A DNA stretch of 51,257 nt. Source: an uncultured Mageeibacillus sp. (GTDB lineage Bacteria; Bacillota; Clostridia; Saccharofermentanales; DTU023). The position numbers and the translations under genes were made by a program. The notes beneath the pieces were generated by a model. That model saw nothing but the letters and a program-made list of their open reading frames with translations, did not search any database and was not told where the DNA came from. Shown here piece by piece: positions 18,635 through 28,838 of this stretch. Location of the stretch: NCBI GenBank assembly GCA_964624395.1, contig CAZUWY010000002.1:1-51257 (forward strand), in the 5' to 3' direction. Positions within the stretch are counted from its first letter, which is position 1; each line of letters begins with the position of its first letter.

Positions 18635-18982
18635 TTCAGCTGCTGATCAAAATTCCATCAGATGATTTTTGCGAAAACGCTCGAACAAGCTATTAGATTT
18701 GTGGCTCATAAAGCTTGCCAAACTGTGTATGTCTATTTGTTAAGGTAAGGAGCAAATGCTTTTAAAGATTGTTTTGCTAAAAATAATACCTGGCAGCATA
18801 CATTCCTACTTTACCTAGGCATGGAAAGATTATTTATACTTTCTCTCTAGGCAAAAACAGAGATTAATCAAACTGCATAAACCGATGTGCTCTGCTTCTG
18901 ACGCATTGATTAAAGAAGCAATATTAATTGATTATTACTGCAGCTATTTATTTGATCGTTGGCTATATTTAACAAATTGGTA

Positions 18983-19010
18983 TTGCCAACAACCATTCGT
19001 ATGATAGAAT
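18983..19010 (+). promoter_or_regulatory. Candidate promoter of the GntR gene
   Basis: TTGCCA, a 16-nt spacer, then TGaTAGAAT (extended -10), about 50 nt upstream of the ATG at 19062. Confidence 0.5.
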
Positions 19011-19061
19011 TTGATTAGCCGCTTAAGCAAGCGTTAAATAATATTTTGATGGTAAGTAGAG

Positions 19062-19772
19062 ATGATGCAACAATTTTTTGAGCCAATCGAGAGCAATACT
19101 CAAATCTATAAGAAAATAATGTCGCAGATCCAAGATATGATATTTGCGGGACAGCTAAAAAAAGGTGATCGTCTTCCACCCGAGCGCCAGCTTGCCGACA
19201 TGCTTCATGTCGGCCGTTCTGCCTTAAAACAAGCATTAAGCGCATTAGAGGCATTGGGAATTGTTACCAGCAGGCACGGAGATGGTAATTATATTACCTC
19301 AGATAATATGGCAGTTTTTAATCCTTTGGCTCTTCATTTTTATCTCGATAATGGCGAAGAAAACGACATTTTGGAGTTTCGCTTCATTATGGAAATTCAG
19401 CTAGCTTCTTTAGCTGCCATGAAGATAACAGATCAGCAGGCTGAAAGCTTTGCCCTTTTAGTCGAGGAAATGAAAAATGCAAAAAGTATTGATGACCGCT
19501 TACATTACAATAATCTCTTTCACTTCCGCATCGTAGATATATGCAACAACTTAATCATTAAAACTATTTATGCTGATATTATGGGTTTAATCGCCGAGCA
19601 GATACGTCAGACAGACGGCTATTTATTCTATGAAAGTCATCGCCTGATATTTGAAGCCATCCGTAATCATCAGCCTGTGGAAGCTGCCAACGCCATGGCA
19701 GATCATTTCCAGCGCAAATTTCCTAATTACGAATATTACAAAGAACTTTTCCAGGGTAAAAATACAAAATAA
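19062..19772 (+). CDS. GntR-family transcriptional regulator, FadR/FCD subfamily
   Basis: 236 aa. N-terminal winged HTH (GDRLPPERQLADMLHVGRSALKQAL..LEALGIV) plus an all-helical FCD-like C-terminal domain. Confidence 0.85.
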   Translation: MMQQFFEPIESNTQIYKKIMSQIQDMIFAGQLKKGDRLPPERQLADMLHVGRSALKQALSALEALGIVTSRHGDGNYITSDNMAVFNPLALHFYLDNGEENDILEFRFIMEIQLASLAAMKITDQQAESFALLVEEMKNAKSIDDRLHYNNLFHFRIVDICNNLIIKTIYADIMGLIAEQIRQTDGYLFYESHRLIFEAIRNHQPVEAANAMADHFQRKFPNYEYYKELFQGKNTK

Positions 19773-19839
19773 CTGCCTACGGATTGTGCCATATTCTCAG
19801 CTGAAGAATTCAATCTGGCAATCTACTATCAATACTTAT

Positions 19840-21048
19840 TTACTCTCGCCATATCGGCATAGACATGCAGCGCGGTCCGCCTCGGCCTCTGGAAAGCTCG
19901 CTGGATGGAACTTTTAATAGTTCAACCCCTGCCTCTTCCAAGAGACGGTTGGTCACATGATTTCTGGAATAAACTATCACTTTACCCGGAGCTACTGCTA
20001 AAGTATTGGAGCCATCACTCCATTGCTCACGCTGTGCATCAATGGGATCTCCCCCGCCGCATCTAATCAGCTTAACCTGATCCTGGCCAAGATACTCCGC
20101 CAGTACCTGAGACAGCTCACCTTCTTTGGATTTGATTGCTACTTTCCCTTCCTGCCTGGAAAATTCGAAAAACTCCATTTCTCCTTCTATTTCAGGATGG
20201 ACGGTGAACATATCGTAATCGATCATTGTCAGGACAGTATCCAGATGCATAAAAGCTCTTTTGAAAGGAATCTTAATCGCCAGTATATACTTAAAACCAG
20301 CCTCTTGATTGATTATACGGTCGGCTAATAAACTAATAGCATCAATATTAGTTCTTTCGCTGATCCCCACAGCGACAACATCTTCACTTAAAACCAAAAT
20401 ATCGCCGCCTTCTAAAGGGTAGGAGGCAGTGCGCTCAAAATAACGAGTTAGGCCTTGAAAATCCGGATGGTACTTAAAGATATATTCGCCCAGCAAAGTC
20501 TCCCGCTGTCTGACATTTGTGTACATGCGACTGTGCGAGACCCCCTTGCCGATAAAACTAAAAGGATCGCGGGAAAAATAAAGATTGGGCATGGGTTCCA
20601 AGATCATCAGCTGGTTTTTTGCCGCGGGAGCTGGCAGCCTGATCGGCATTTCAGTATCGTTGTTTCTAATCCCGGCAATGAGAAGATCGATTAACTGCTT
20701 GGCATCAGAAAAATCAGCCAGCCATTCCGAAAGAGGCTCAATGTTAGCATGGTGGATTCCACCCTCATTCAAGAACTGCCAGAGAAAACGCCGCCGGATG
20801 TCCGGATCAGCAATAATTTCTGCCATCAGATCCTCGACATAGATTACTTCTACTCCGTTTTCTTGCAATACAGTGGAAAAATCATCATGCTCGAGACCGG
20901 CCAAATAGGCATCCGGCAGATCGTCGAATAATAGTCTTTCCATATTCGACGGCGTCAGATTGTCTATTTCTCTACCCGGCCTATGTAGCAAGACTCGCTT
21001 GAGCTTTTTGATTTCCGAAAACACATGAATACCGTTGGGTTTAATCAT
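19840..21048 (-). CDS. arcA: Arginine deiminase
   Basis: Start moved to the ATG at 21048 (AGGAGG RBS). N-terminal VHSEIG-like FSEIKKLKRVLLHRPG and C-terminal catalytic Cys motif GGPRCMSMP. Confidence 0.9.
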   Translation of the reverse strand: MIKPNGIHVFSEIKKLKRVLLHRPGREIDNLTPSNMERLLFDDLPDAYLAGLEHDDFSTVLQENGVEVIYVEDLMAEIIADPDIRRRFLWQFLNEGGIHHANIEPLSEWLADFSDAKQLIDLLIAGIRNNDTEMPIRLPAPAAKNQLMILEPMPNLYFSRDPFSFIGKGVSHSRMYTNVRQRETLLGEYIFKYHPDFQGLTRYFERTASYPLEGGDILVLSEDVVAVGISERTNIDAISLLADRIINQEAGFKYILAIKIPFKRAFMHLDTVLTMIDYDMFTVHPEIEGEMEFFEFSRQEGKVAIKSKEGELSQVLAEYLGQDQVKLIRCGGGDPIDAQREQWSDGSNTLAVAPGKVIVYSRNHVTNRLLEEAGVELLKVPSSELSRGRGGPRCMSMPIWRE

Positions 21049-21102
21049 GTTCCCCTCCTGCGGAAATATAGACATTATAAAATTATCAATACTGTTCTAC
21101 TC

Positions 21103-21138
21103 AAAATGCCGGATTTTCCCCTTATCGTCCGGCATTTT
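21103..21138 (-). terminator. Hairpin terminator after the class I aminotransferase (end of the V-ATPase transcription unit)
   Basis: Stem aaaatgccgga / tccggcatttt (11 bp) with A- and T-rich flanks, so it could act in both directions. Confidence 0.6.
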
Positions 21139-21205
21139 CTTACTTTGCTTCTTTGATTATTATCTCACTCATCTTAGCAGCTGGCAATAAAACTGCCTTT
21201 TGCAC

Positions 21206-22366
21206 CTATGCCAGCACATTTTTGAATATTTCAACAGCCTCTTTGATCTCTTCTTGTGAGCAGGCATAGCTGATTCTAATATAATGCTCAAATCCCTGGC
21301 CAAACGCCGATCCCGGAGCTAGAGCAACCCCGTGATCTAGCATCAGGTCGCAAAACTGATCTCCTGTCATAGCCAGTTTTTCAATTCGGGGAAAAAGATA
21401 AAAAGCCCCCTGCGGAAGATTGCACTCAATTCCTTCTATTTCTTGCAGGCCGGCGACAAGTAGATCGCGCCGCAATTTAAATTCCTTCACCATTTCCTTT
21501 GTAAAGGATAAACAGGAGTTAAAGGCTACAGCTGCACCTTTTTGAGCAAAAGATGTGGCGCAGGTGGAAAAAGACTGATGGGCCTTAGCCAGATAAGGAA
21601 TATGCTGAGGTGCTGCTATCAGATAGCCAATCCTCCAGCCTGTCATCGAAAAAGTTTTGGAGGCTGAATTGATTACCACAGTACAATCTTTCATCTCCGG
21701 CAGATTGCGGATGCTGTGATGAGTACCGTGAAAAAGAAATTGGTCATAGGTTTCATCAGAGATAACAAAGAGATCTTTTTCCAAAGCTAAAGAGGAAATC
21801 TTCATTAAACTGTTTAAATCTATAGCTTTGCCGGTGGGATTACCAGGGCTGTTGATAACAATGCCCCGCGTCTTCTCCGTGATATGCTCTCTCATCTTCT
21901 CTGGATCAATGGCAAAATCGTCATCAAGACTTAAAGGAAATTCAACGATTTCAAGCCCGAGCATTTTGGCACTGTCCCAGTAGACAGGAAAAAATGGACT
22001 GGGTACTAAGATTTCATCACCCGGTGCAAATAAAGCAAGCAGTGCACAGGTGATGGCCTCACAGGCTCCGGCGGTGACAATAATTTCGCACTCGGGATCA
22101 AAAACAATATTATTTTCCGTCTTTTCTTTGTTTGCGATCGCCTGACGCAGCTCTTTGATGCCGAGCATAGGTGTATAGTGGACAAAACCTTCATCAAGAG
22201 CTATTTTTGCTGCCTCTTTAGCTGGTAAGGGTGAGTCAAAATCGGGTTTGCCAATTTCCATATGGATAATTCTTTTGCCCTCTTGCTCCAGGCGGCTGGC
22301 TTTGTTAAATATATCGTAAAGACCGCCATCCATGGAAATTTCCGCAAAGTTACTGTTTCTTAGCAT
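21206..22366 (-). CDS. Class I/II pyridoxal-phosphate aminotransferase (aspartate/alanine aminotransferase-like)
   Basis: Start moved to the ATG at 22366. Motifs INSPGNPTG and SASKTFSMTGWRIGY (PLP lysine). Confidence 0.8.
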   Translation of the reverse strand: MLRNSNFAEISMDGGLYDIFNKASRLEQEGKRIIHMEIGKPDFDSPLPAKEAAKIALDEGFVHYTPMLGIKELRQAIANKEKTENNIVFDPECEIIVTAGACEAITCALLALFAPGDEILVPSPFFPVYWDSAKMLGLEIVEFPLSLDDDFAIDPEKMREHITEKTRGIVINSPGNPTGKAIDLNSLMKISSLALEKDLFVISDETYDQFLFHGTHHSIRNLPEMKDCTVVINSASKTFSMTGWRIGYLIAAPQHIPYLAKAHQSFSTCATSFAQKGAAVAFNSCLSFTKEMVKEFKLRRDLLVAGLQEIEGIECNLPQGAFYLFPRIEKLAMTGDQFCDLMLDHGVALAPGSAFGQGFEHYIRISYACSQEEIKEAVEIFKNVLA

Positions 22367-22424
22367 TATCCTTCCCCTTGGCCACAATAAAAGCAGCTTA
22401 CAGTTTTAGCCAAACTTTAATCTG

Positions 22425-23138
22425 TCAATTATCTTGCAACTGGTATTTTTTATTAGCTTTAATCTTGGCCGCAACAATCATATCTTTGACTTTCATCAGT
22501 CTGGTCAGATTGCCGCGCTCGTTTTCCTCCATCTTCATGGTGATTGATCTGATCAGCTCGATTAATTCTGGAATCAGCACATATTCAAGGGAATTTACCC
22601 GCCGTCTAGTCCTTTCTATTTCAAAAGCCATCAGCTGTGCCTGGTTTTCTTTTTCTGCCAGTTTCAGCATTAGGGGGAAAGCTTCTCTCAAGGCATCAAT
22701 AGCCTGATCAAGTTCGCCCGAGACTGAGGTCATGCCGTAAGGTAGGCTGCCCGCACCCAAGGAAAGATCAAGTTCCATATCTTCATCTGCACCAGCTTTC
22801 TGCTTGAGCGCAGGTAGATTAAAAAGGGGCGAAATAACACCCATAGTGTTGATTTCGCTGATCTTCAGTTCCAGCGGCGGCAGACCGGTAAGCAGGGCAG
22901 ATTCTACAACTGAGGCCTGCATGGTTGCACGGGCCAAAACCATCTCCTGATTGGCCTTGTCCAGGTATTCCTCCACCTCAACCCTAAGTTTGGCAGTTTC
23001 TGACACCAGTTCCAGGAACTGGCGCATCAACTCATCCCTTTTGTCTTTCAAAAGCTTATGTCCGCGGCGAGCCGTTCTCAGCTGATCTTTCAGCCGCAGC
23101 AATTCCATTCTGTTGGGATTGGCTCGACGTTTAGCCAT
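22425..23138 (-). CDS. ntpD: V-type ATPase subunit D
   Basis: 237 aa coiled-coil protein beginning NPNRMELLRLK. Positioned after subunit B. Confidence 0.85.
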   Translation of the reverse strand: MAKRRANPNRMELLRLKDQLRTARRGHKLLKDKRDELMRQFLELVSETAKLRVEVEEYLDKANQEMVLARATMQASVVESALLTGLPPLELKISEINTMGVISPLFNLPALKQKAGADEDMELDLSLGAGSLPYGMTSVSGELDQAIDALREAFPLMLKLAEKENQAQLMAFEIERTRRRVNSLEYVLIPELIELIRSITMKMEENERGNLTRLMKVKDMIVAAKIKANKKYQLQDN

Positions 23139-23140
23139 GA

Positions 23141-24523
23141 TCAGCCCTCCAGTCCCTCAATATAGTACTTGTCAATGAAATGATCATGCACGCGCTTAAG
23201 TTCATTTTTAGGCAGAATTGATAAGAGCTCCCAGCCCAGACTTAAGCTCTCTTCAATCGAACGGCCGGTATCAAAGCCCTGTGACACATATCTCTCCTCA
23301 AACTGGTCAGAGAAATGAGCATAGATCCTGTCAACTTCAGAAAGAGCCTCAGAACCTAAAATAACCTCCAGCTCCTTGGCATCCTTGCCGCGAGAATAAG
23401 CTGCAAAAAGCTGATTCATGGTATCCGCATGATCTGCTCTGGTCTTATTTTCACCTATGCCCTTGTCCTTGAGACGTGAGAGGGAGGGCAAGACATCGAC
23501 CGGCGGGCGCAGGCCACGGCGGTGCAGATCACGGCTCAAAATAACCTGCCCTTCCGTGATATAGCCGGTCAGGTCGGGGATCGGATGAGTTTTATCGTCA
23601 TCCGGCATGGTCAAAATAGGCACCAGGGTGATGGAACCGCGATTGCCTTTTTTCCTGCCTGCTCTTTCATATAAACTGGCCAGATCTGTATAGAGATAAC
23701 CCGGATAGCCACGGCGGCCCGGGACCTCTTTGCGGGCAGCGGATACTTCCCGCAAAGCTTCGGCATAATATGTTATATCCGTCATCAATACCAGCACATG
23801 CATCTCCCGATCAAAGGCCAGGTATTCCGCCGCAGTCAGAGCCATCCTGGGAGTGGCGATACGTTCAATGGCGGGGTCGTCTGCCAGATTTATGAACATG
23901 ACCGCCCGTTCAATAGCGCCTGTATTGGTAAAATCGCGAATAAAGAAATCCGATTCTTCAAAAGTAATACCCATGGCGGCAAAGACAACAGCAAATTTAT
24001 CATCTGTGTTTAAGACTTTCGCCTGCCTGGCGATCTGTGCAGCCAAGAGATTATGAGGCAGTCCCGAGGCGGAAAAGATTGGCAGCTTTTGCCCGCGCAC
24101 CAAAGTATTAAGCCCATCTATTGCCGAAACACCGGTCTGGATAAATTCATTGGGATAATCGCGGGCTGCCGGATTAATAGGCGTACCGTTAATATCGCGC
24201 ATCGCCTCCGGGATCAGGGCAGGGCCTCCATCGATCGGAACCCCCATGCCGTCAAACACTCTGCCCAGCATATCACTTGAAACTGCCAGTTCCTGGCCGC
24301 GTCCATGAAAACGCACCTTGGATTCTTCCACATTGATTCCGATCGAACTTTCAAAAAGCTGAACCAAAGCTTCAGAGCCAGAAATTTCCAGCACTTTGCA
24401 ATGCCTGATCTCGCCGTTTGGCAGTACTATTTCCGCCAGCTCGTCATATTTGACATTTTCCACGCCGCGCACCAGCATCAAGGGGCCGGCCACTTCCTCA
24501 ATAGTACGATATTCTCTAGCCAT
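23141..24523 (-). CDS. ntpB: V-type ATPase subunit B
   Basis: 460 aa non-catalytic nucleotide-binding subunit ([11 protein letters not shown]..., [15 protein letters not shown]). Confidence 0.92.
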   Translation of the reverse strand: MAREYRTIEEVAGPLMLVRGVENVKYDELAEIVLPNGEIRHCKVLEISGSEALVQLFESSIGINVEESKVRFHGRGQELAVSSDMLGRVFDGMGVPIDGGPALIPEAMRDINGTPINPAARDYPNEFIQTGVSAIDGLNTLVRGQKLPIFSASGLPHNLLAAQIARQAKVLNTDDKFAVVFAAMGITFEESDFFIRDFTNTGAIERAVMFINLADDPAIERIATPRMALTAAEYLAFDREMHVLVLMTDITYYAEALREVSAARKEVPGRRGYPGYLYTDLASLYERAGRKKGNRGSITLVPILTMPDDDKTHPIPDLTGYITEGQVILSRDLHRRGLRPPVDVLPSLSRLKDKGIGENKTRADHADTMNQLFAAYSRGKDAKELEVILGSEALSEVDRIYAHFSDQFEERYVSQGFDTGRSIEESLSLGWELLSILPKNELKRVHDHFIDKYYIEGLEG

Positions 24524-24525
24524 AA

Positions 24526-26301
24526 CTATCTCCCTCCAATGTTCAGAGCGGCGAGCTCGTTATTAAGTCGTGCACTAATTGCATTGACAGTATCTTCCAG
24601 CTCGTCCTCCGGCACCATTTTCATCCGCGCCAGCTCCTCCCTGATCGGCATATTCTCAATCTTCTGGTATTCCGCACCTGTATCAAGTGCTTTACCTGCC
24701 TCGTAATACCAGGCCATGATCAGTTCGAGCATATGATGCTGTTTTTGCAAAGAGGTGAAGGTATCGATCGGATCAAAAGAGTTTTGGTGCAAGAAGTCTT
24801 CTCTGAGAGAACGTGCCGCCTCCAGCTTGAGACGATCACCGTCGGAAAGTGCATCATGACCAATAAGACGCACTATCTCCTCCAGCTCCGATTCAGCCTG
24901 CAAAAGACGCATGGCATCCTGGCGCAGATTGCTCCATTTGGCTGTCACATTCTTATTCATCCAGCTGTCCATTTTGTCAGCATAAAGAGAATAGCTGGTC
25001 AGCCAGTTGATTGCTGGGAAATGGCGCTTATAGGCCAGTGCTGAGTCAAGGCTCCAGAAAACTTGAACGATCCTGAGCGTGGACTGGGCCACCGGATCCG
25101 ACAAGTCTCCTCCGGGAGGAGAAACCGCTCCAATCGCGGTAAGAATGCCCAGTCTGTGGTCGCTGCCCAGGCAGCGGACAATGCCGGCTCTTTCATAGAA
25201 ATTGGCCAGCCTTGAGCCCAGATAGGCTGGATAGCCTTCTTCACCCGGCATTTCCTCCAGGCGACCGGACATCTCACGCAGAGCCTCTGCCCATCTTGAA
25301 GTGGAATCCGCCATAACAGACACTGAATAACCCATGTCGCGGAAATATTCAGCAATAGTTATACCGGTGTAAATAGAAGCTTCACGGGCGGCAACAGGCA
25401 TATCTGAGGTGTTGGCGATCAGGATGGTCCTTTTCATCAAAGGCTCCCCCGTGTTGGGATCTTCAAGCTGAGGGAATTCGTTCAGGACATCTGTCATCTC
25501 ATTGCCGCGCTCGCCGCAGCCAATATATACAACCACATCAGCTTCGGCCCATTTGGCCAGCTGATGCTGAATGACAGTTTTACCGCTGCCGAAAGGACCG
25601 GGAACAGCTGCAGTTCCGCCCTTGGCCACGGGGAAGAAAGTATCGACAATACGCTGCCCGGTAATCAAGGGCTCATCCGGAGCCACTTTCTCTTTATAGG
25701 GTCGTCCGATCCTGACAGGCCATTTTTGCATCAGTTGCAGATCGTGAACTTTACCGTCCTTATCCTCCAGCTGACCTATCACGTCAGTGACCGTATAGTT
25801 GCCGCTTCTCAGCTGAATCAGCCTGCCGGCAAGATTAGGCGGTAGCATAATCCGATGCTCCAGCAATTCAGTCTCCTGAACAATGCCCAATATATCGCCG
25901 CCGATCAGGTCGGCTCCCGGCTCAGCCTTGGCCTTAAACTCCCAGACCTTATCTCGGTCCAGGGCATCGGCAAAAGCTCCACGCGTAATATTGCTGCCTT
26001 CGCTTTCGACCAGCTTATCCAAAGGACGCTGGATGCCGTCATAGATGCCGCTGATTAGACCTGGCCCCAATTCAACAGAAAGCGGTGCCCCGCGGGAAAT
26101 CACTTTTTCACCCGGCCCCAGCCCCGCTGTTTCTTCATACACCTGGATTGAAGCTTCATCACCGTGCATTTCAATAATTTCACCCACGAGCCTTTTGTCC
26201 GACACTTCAACAACATCGTACATATCCGCATCGCGCATGCCTTTGGCAACTACCAGAGGCCCTGAAACCTTGATGATTTCACCTCGACTTCTATTCTCCA
26301 T
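24526..26301 (-). CDS. ntpA: V-type ATPase catalytic subunit A
   Basis: 591 aa with Walker [10 protein letters not shown] and a non-homologous-region insert typical of A subunits. Confidence 0.93.
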   Translation of the reverse strand: MENRSRGEIIKVSGPLVVAKGMRDADMYDVVEVSDKRLVGEIIEMHGDEASIQVYEETAGLGPGEKVISRGAPLSVELGPGLISGIYDGIQRPLDKLVESEGSNITRGAFADALDRDKVWEFKAKAEPGADLIGGDILGIVQETELLEHRIMLPPNLAGRLIQLRSGNYTVTDVIGQLEDKDGKVHDLQLMQKWPVRIGRPYKEKVAPDEPLITGQRIVDTFFPVAKGGTAAVPGPFGSGKTVIQHQLAKWAEADVVVYIGCGERGNEMTDVLNEFPQLEDPNTGEPLMKRTILIANTSDMPVAAREASIYTGITIAEYFRDMGYSVSVMADSTSRWAEALREMSGRLEEMPGEEGYPAYLGSRLANFYERAGIVRCLGSDHRLGILTAIGAVSPPGGDLSDPVAQSTLRIVQVFWSLDSALAYKRHFPAINWLTSYSLYADKMDSWMNKNVTAKWSNLRQDAMRLLQAESELEEIVRLIGHDALSDGDRLKLEAARSLREDFLHQNSFDPIDTFTSLQKQHHMLELIMAWYYEAGKALDTGAEYQKIENMPIREELARMKMVPEDELEDTVNAISARLNNELAALNIGGR

Positions 26302-26321
26302 CGGATCCTCCTAGATCTTTA

Positions 26322-26648
26322 TCACAATTCACTGAGCAGATCGATGCCAGTTGCTTTTCTTACTGATCTGCGCAGTTGTTCTTTACCAATATTTGCCTTC
26401 TCTCTGGCTGAAGGTATCAGTATTATGGCTGGAATTGGAATGTGGCGCTGTTTTTCCAGATAATCCTGTACAGCCGAGTCTTTAGCCTCAGGCTCAGTAA
26501 GAAAAACAATGGCATATTTTTCCTCGGCCATCTGCCTTAGAGCTAAAAGAACCTCTTCCGGTTTGCCAGCTGCTCTAACTGTCATCCCTAAAGCTCTAAA
26601 GCCAATAATACTGTCCAGATCACCTACAACACCAACTTTGCTCATCAT
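26322..26648 (-). CDS. V-type ATPase subunit F (NtpG in E. hirae nomenclature)
   Basis: 108 aa, VGVVGD...GFRALG pattern, located between subunits C and A. Confidence 0.8.
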   Translation of the reverse strand: MMSKVGVVGDLDSIIGFRALGMTVRAAGKPEEVLLALRQMAEEKYAIVFLTEPEAKDSAVQDYLEKQRHIPIPAIILIPSAREKANIGKEQLRRSVRKATGIDLLSEL

Positions 26649-27674
26649 CTATCTCCATTGCGGGTAACTCTGCCGGCGCAGATTTTGAACTCTGGCAGCC
26701 GGCAAGCGGTTTAAGAGGGCAGACAGAGCAATGCGAATATTTTTCATCTCCATCTGGCGGCCAAAAATATAGGCCAAAGTCACCTCAGGGCCATTGAGGC
26801 TTTTGCCGCCGGCATATATATGCCTGATCAAGATTAAATCTCCGGCACTACTGTATTCTGAAGCCTTTCCCGCCTCACCGTAACTTCTGGCAAAGCCTGC
26901 CAGCTCATGGTAAAAGCTCTTCTTTAAGGCCAATTCGAGTTCTGCTGCCGTCATCTTTTTAAACAAAAACAGCAGCTCGTGGGAGAGCTTTCCTGCCGGC
27001 AAAAGGCTGTCTTCGAATATTTTATCTCCCAGCTTTCTAAGTCTAGAGCGCAGCACGGTTTCCAGATTGATCAAATCTCTTTTAAGGGCCAGCCAAGTAG
27101 AAAACCAGCTGTTCCCGATCTCATCAGCTATAGCGGCTGCTCTTTGGTGCAAGTAGAAGTCTACGGAAAGATCAATTCTAGCAGCATCATAGGCTGTATT
27201 ATATGCGGCTTCCGCCTCTGTTATCATTTCTTTAATCCAGGCGGGCAGACCGTAGAAATCCTCTTCCTCTACGGCTTTATTTAAACGGGCAGGTTCAAGA
27301 GCTGAAGGGGTCTGCATTAAATAGGCGATCTCTTCATATTCTCGAGGTTTTTTTGCTGCCAGTTTTTCCCTAAGCAATGTTTTTAAATTCTGCCCGTCGG
27401 TGAAAGAAAGAATAATATCGCGGTAGCGATCATCCGGTGCCACCTGCTCCAGCAGCAGATCTAGCCTTTTTTGCTCTGCCTGCAGAGCTTTTTCGACACT
27501 ACTCTGCTGGTAACCATATTCTGCCATCACGATGGACATTGAATTTTCATCTTGCGCCTGAAAGAGTCGGTTTTGTCCCTCCAGGCCCATCAAGCCAACT
27601 TCAAGAGAGCGAATCCTACCGGTGGCATAGCGCCAGGATACAGATTTTTTATATTCCTTAGCCAGCCCGCTCAT
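26649..27674 (-). CDS. ntpC: V-type ATPase subunit C (eukaryotic d-like)
   Basis: 341 aa helical protein at the conserved operon position. Confidence 0.75.
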   Translation of the reverse strand: MSGLAKEYKKSVSWRYATGRIRSLEVGLMGLEGQNRLFQAQDENSMSIVMAEYGYQQSSVEKALQAEQKRLDLLLEQVAPDDRYRDIILSFTDGQNLKTLLREKLAAKKPREYEEIAYLMQTPSALEPARLNKAVEEEDFYGLPAWIKEMITEAEAAYNTAYDAARIDLSVDFYLHQRAAAIADEIGNSWFSTWLALKRDLINLETVLRSRLRKLGDKIFEDSLLPAGKLSHELLFLFKKMTAAELELALKKSFYHELAGFARSYGEAGKASEYSSAGDLILIRHIYAGGKSLNGPEVTLAYIFGRQMEMKNIRIALSALLNRLPAARVQNLRRQSYPQWR

Positions 27675-27678
27675 CTCT

Positions 27679-28248
27679 TTATTTCTCCTCCAGCAGCTCG
27701 GCCGCAGTTTTTGTCAGTTCATTTAGAGAATTAGCCATGGCCAGGTCATAGGTTAGATTGTCAACAATCTTTCCCGCTTTAATAATCAGGCCACTGCTAA
27801 AATCGCCTATTTCCTTAGAGAGGCTAAAATCGCCCTCAACCTCCGCCAGCAGCCTGGCACCTAAAGATTGATCTGCAAGATTGAGCACAATCTCGCCTTT
27901 ACTTATGCCAACAGCTTTGATCATTTGGGCATAGCGGGGTATTTTAACCTCAGCGGGATCGGCGGCCAGTTTAGCCAGAGCAGCCTCCAGAACTCTCTCA
28001 ATTCTGCCCTGACGTTCAGCCAGAGCTATCTTTCTTCTTTCTGAACGGCGTAAGCTTTCAGCTCTGGCCAGCATTGCTGCAGCATCTTCTTTTGTGCTGA
28101 CCCGGTTCTCCGCCAACAGATTTTGGGCAAATTCCTCGGCATCAGCCAAATGGGCTTTGGCCTTTTGCTCTGCCTCCAAATCTATACGAGCTGCAGTATT
28201 CTCTGCATCTTCGATTATGCGGCTGGTAATTTTATCAAGACCTTCCAT
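27679..28248 (-). CDS. ntpE: V-type ATPase subunit E (peripheral stalk)
   Basis: 189 aa with a long N-terminal Ala/Glu-rich helix and a globular C-terminal domain. Confidence 0.75.
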   Translation of the reverse strand: MEGLDKITSRIIEDAENTAARIDLEAEQKAKAHLADAEEFAQNLLAENRVSTKEDAAAMLARAESLRRSERRKIALAERQGRIERVLEAALAKLAADPAEVKIPRYAQMIKAVGISKGEIVLNLADQSLGARLLAEVEGDFSLSKEIGDFSSGLIIKAGKIVDNLTYDLAMANSLNELTKTAAELLEEK

Positions 28249-28259
28249 AAGCTAAACCA

Positions 28260-28739
28260 CTAGCCAATATTCAGGACTGCCAGCACCGTTGCCAGAAGAG
28301 CGAGAATTGCATAAGTCTCAACCATGGCTGCAAGGACAATGGCTTTTGCCTGCTGATCCGGCTTTTGGGCTACCAGAGCTATACCAGCCTCAGATACTTT
28401 GCCTTGGTAGACAGCAGAAAAATAACCGACAATGGCGATGGGCATTGCCGCCAGAAGATACAATAGTCCCGTATCCCAGCTTTGATCAAAATTGCCTCCA
28501 AAAAGTCCGGAAGAGCTCATAATCATAAACCAGCTCAAAAGTCCATATATGCCCTGAGTGCCAGGCAGTGCCTGCAGAATCAGCAGTTTACCGAATTTCT
28601 CCGGATCCTCCGTGATTACACCGGCAGCAGCTTCACCTGCACGGCCAACTGCCAGCGATGATCCAACACCGGGTAAAGCCGCAGCCAGTCCGGCTCCTAA
28701 AAGTGTAAGCACCGGTCCAATAAAATCTGCAAATCTCAT
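28260..28739 (-). CDS. ntpK: V-type ATPase proteolipid subunit K (4-TM, duplicated c-subunit) with Na+-binding signature
   Basis: Start moved to the ATG at 28739 (GGAGGA RBS), giving 159 aa. The track ORF begins at an upstream TTG. Near-colinear with E. hirae NtpK, including QPEKFG, LPGTQGIYG, YQGKV and AAMVETYAIL. Confidence 0.9.
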   Translation of the reverse strand: MRFADFIGPVLTLLGAGLAAALPGVGSSLAVGRAGEAAAGVITEDPEKFGKLLILQALPGTQGIYGLLSWFMIMSSSGLFGGNFDQSWDTGLLYLLAAMPIAIVGYFSAVYQGKVSEAGIALVAQKPDQQAKAIVLAAMVETYAILALLATVLAVLNIG

Positions 28740-28838
28740 AACTTCCTCCAAAAAATTGATTTTCTGATCCGGCAATTGCCTGAGATCAGCTTTTATTTAT
28801 CCAAATGCGGCCAAGCCACCATGGTTAACATATAATTG

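Noticed and set aside
18885-19004. 39-codon Cys/Tyr/Trp-rich ORF (MCSASDALIKEAILIDYYCSYLFDRWLYLTNWYCQQPFV) that could superficially resemble a RiPP precursor.
   Set aside because: It has no RBS, it overlaps the predicted gntR promoter, and no modification, maturation or export genes are adjacent in a way that would support a RiPP locus.
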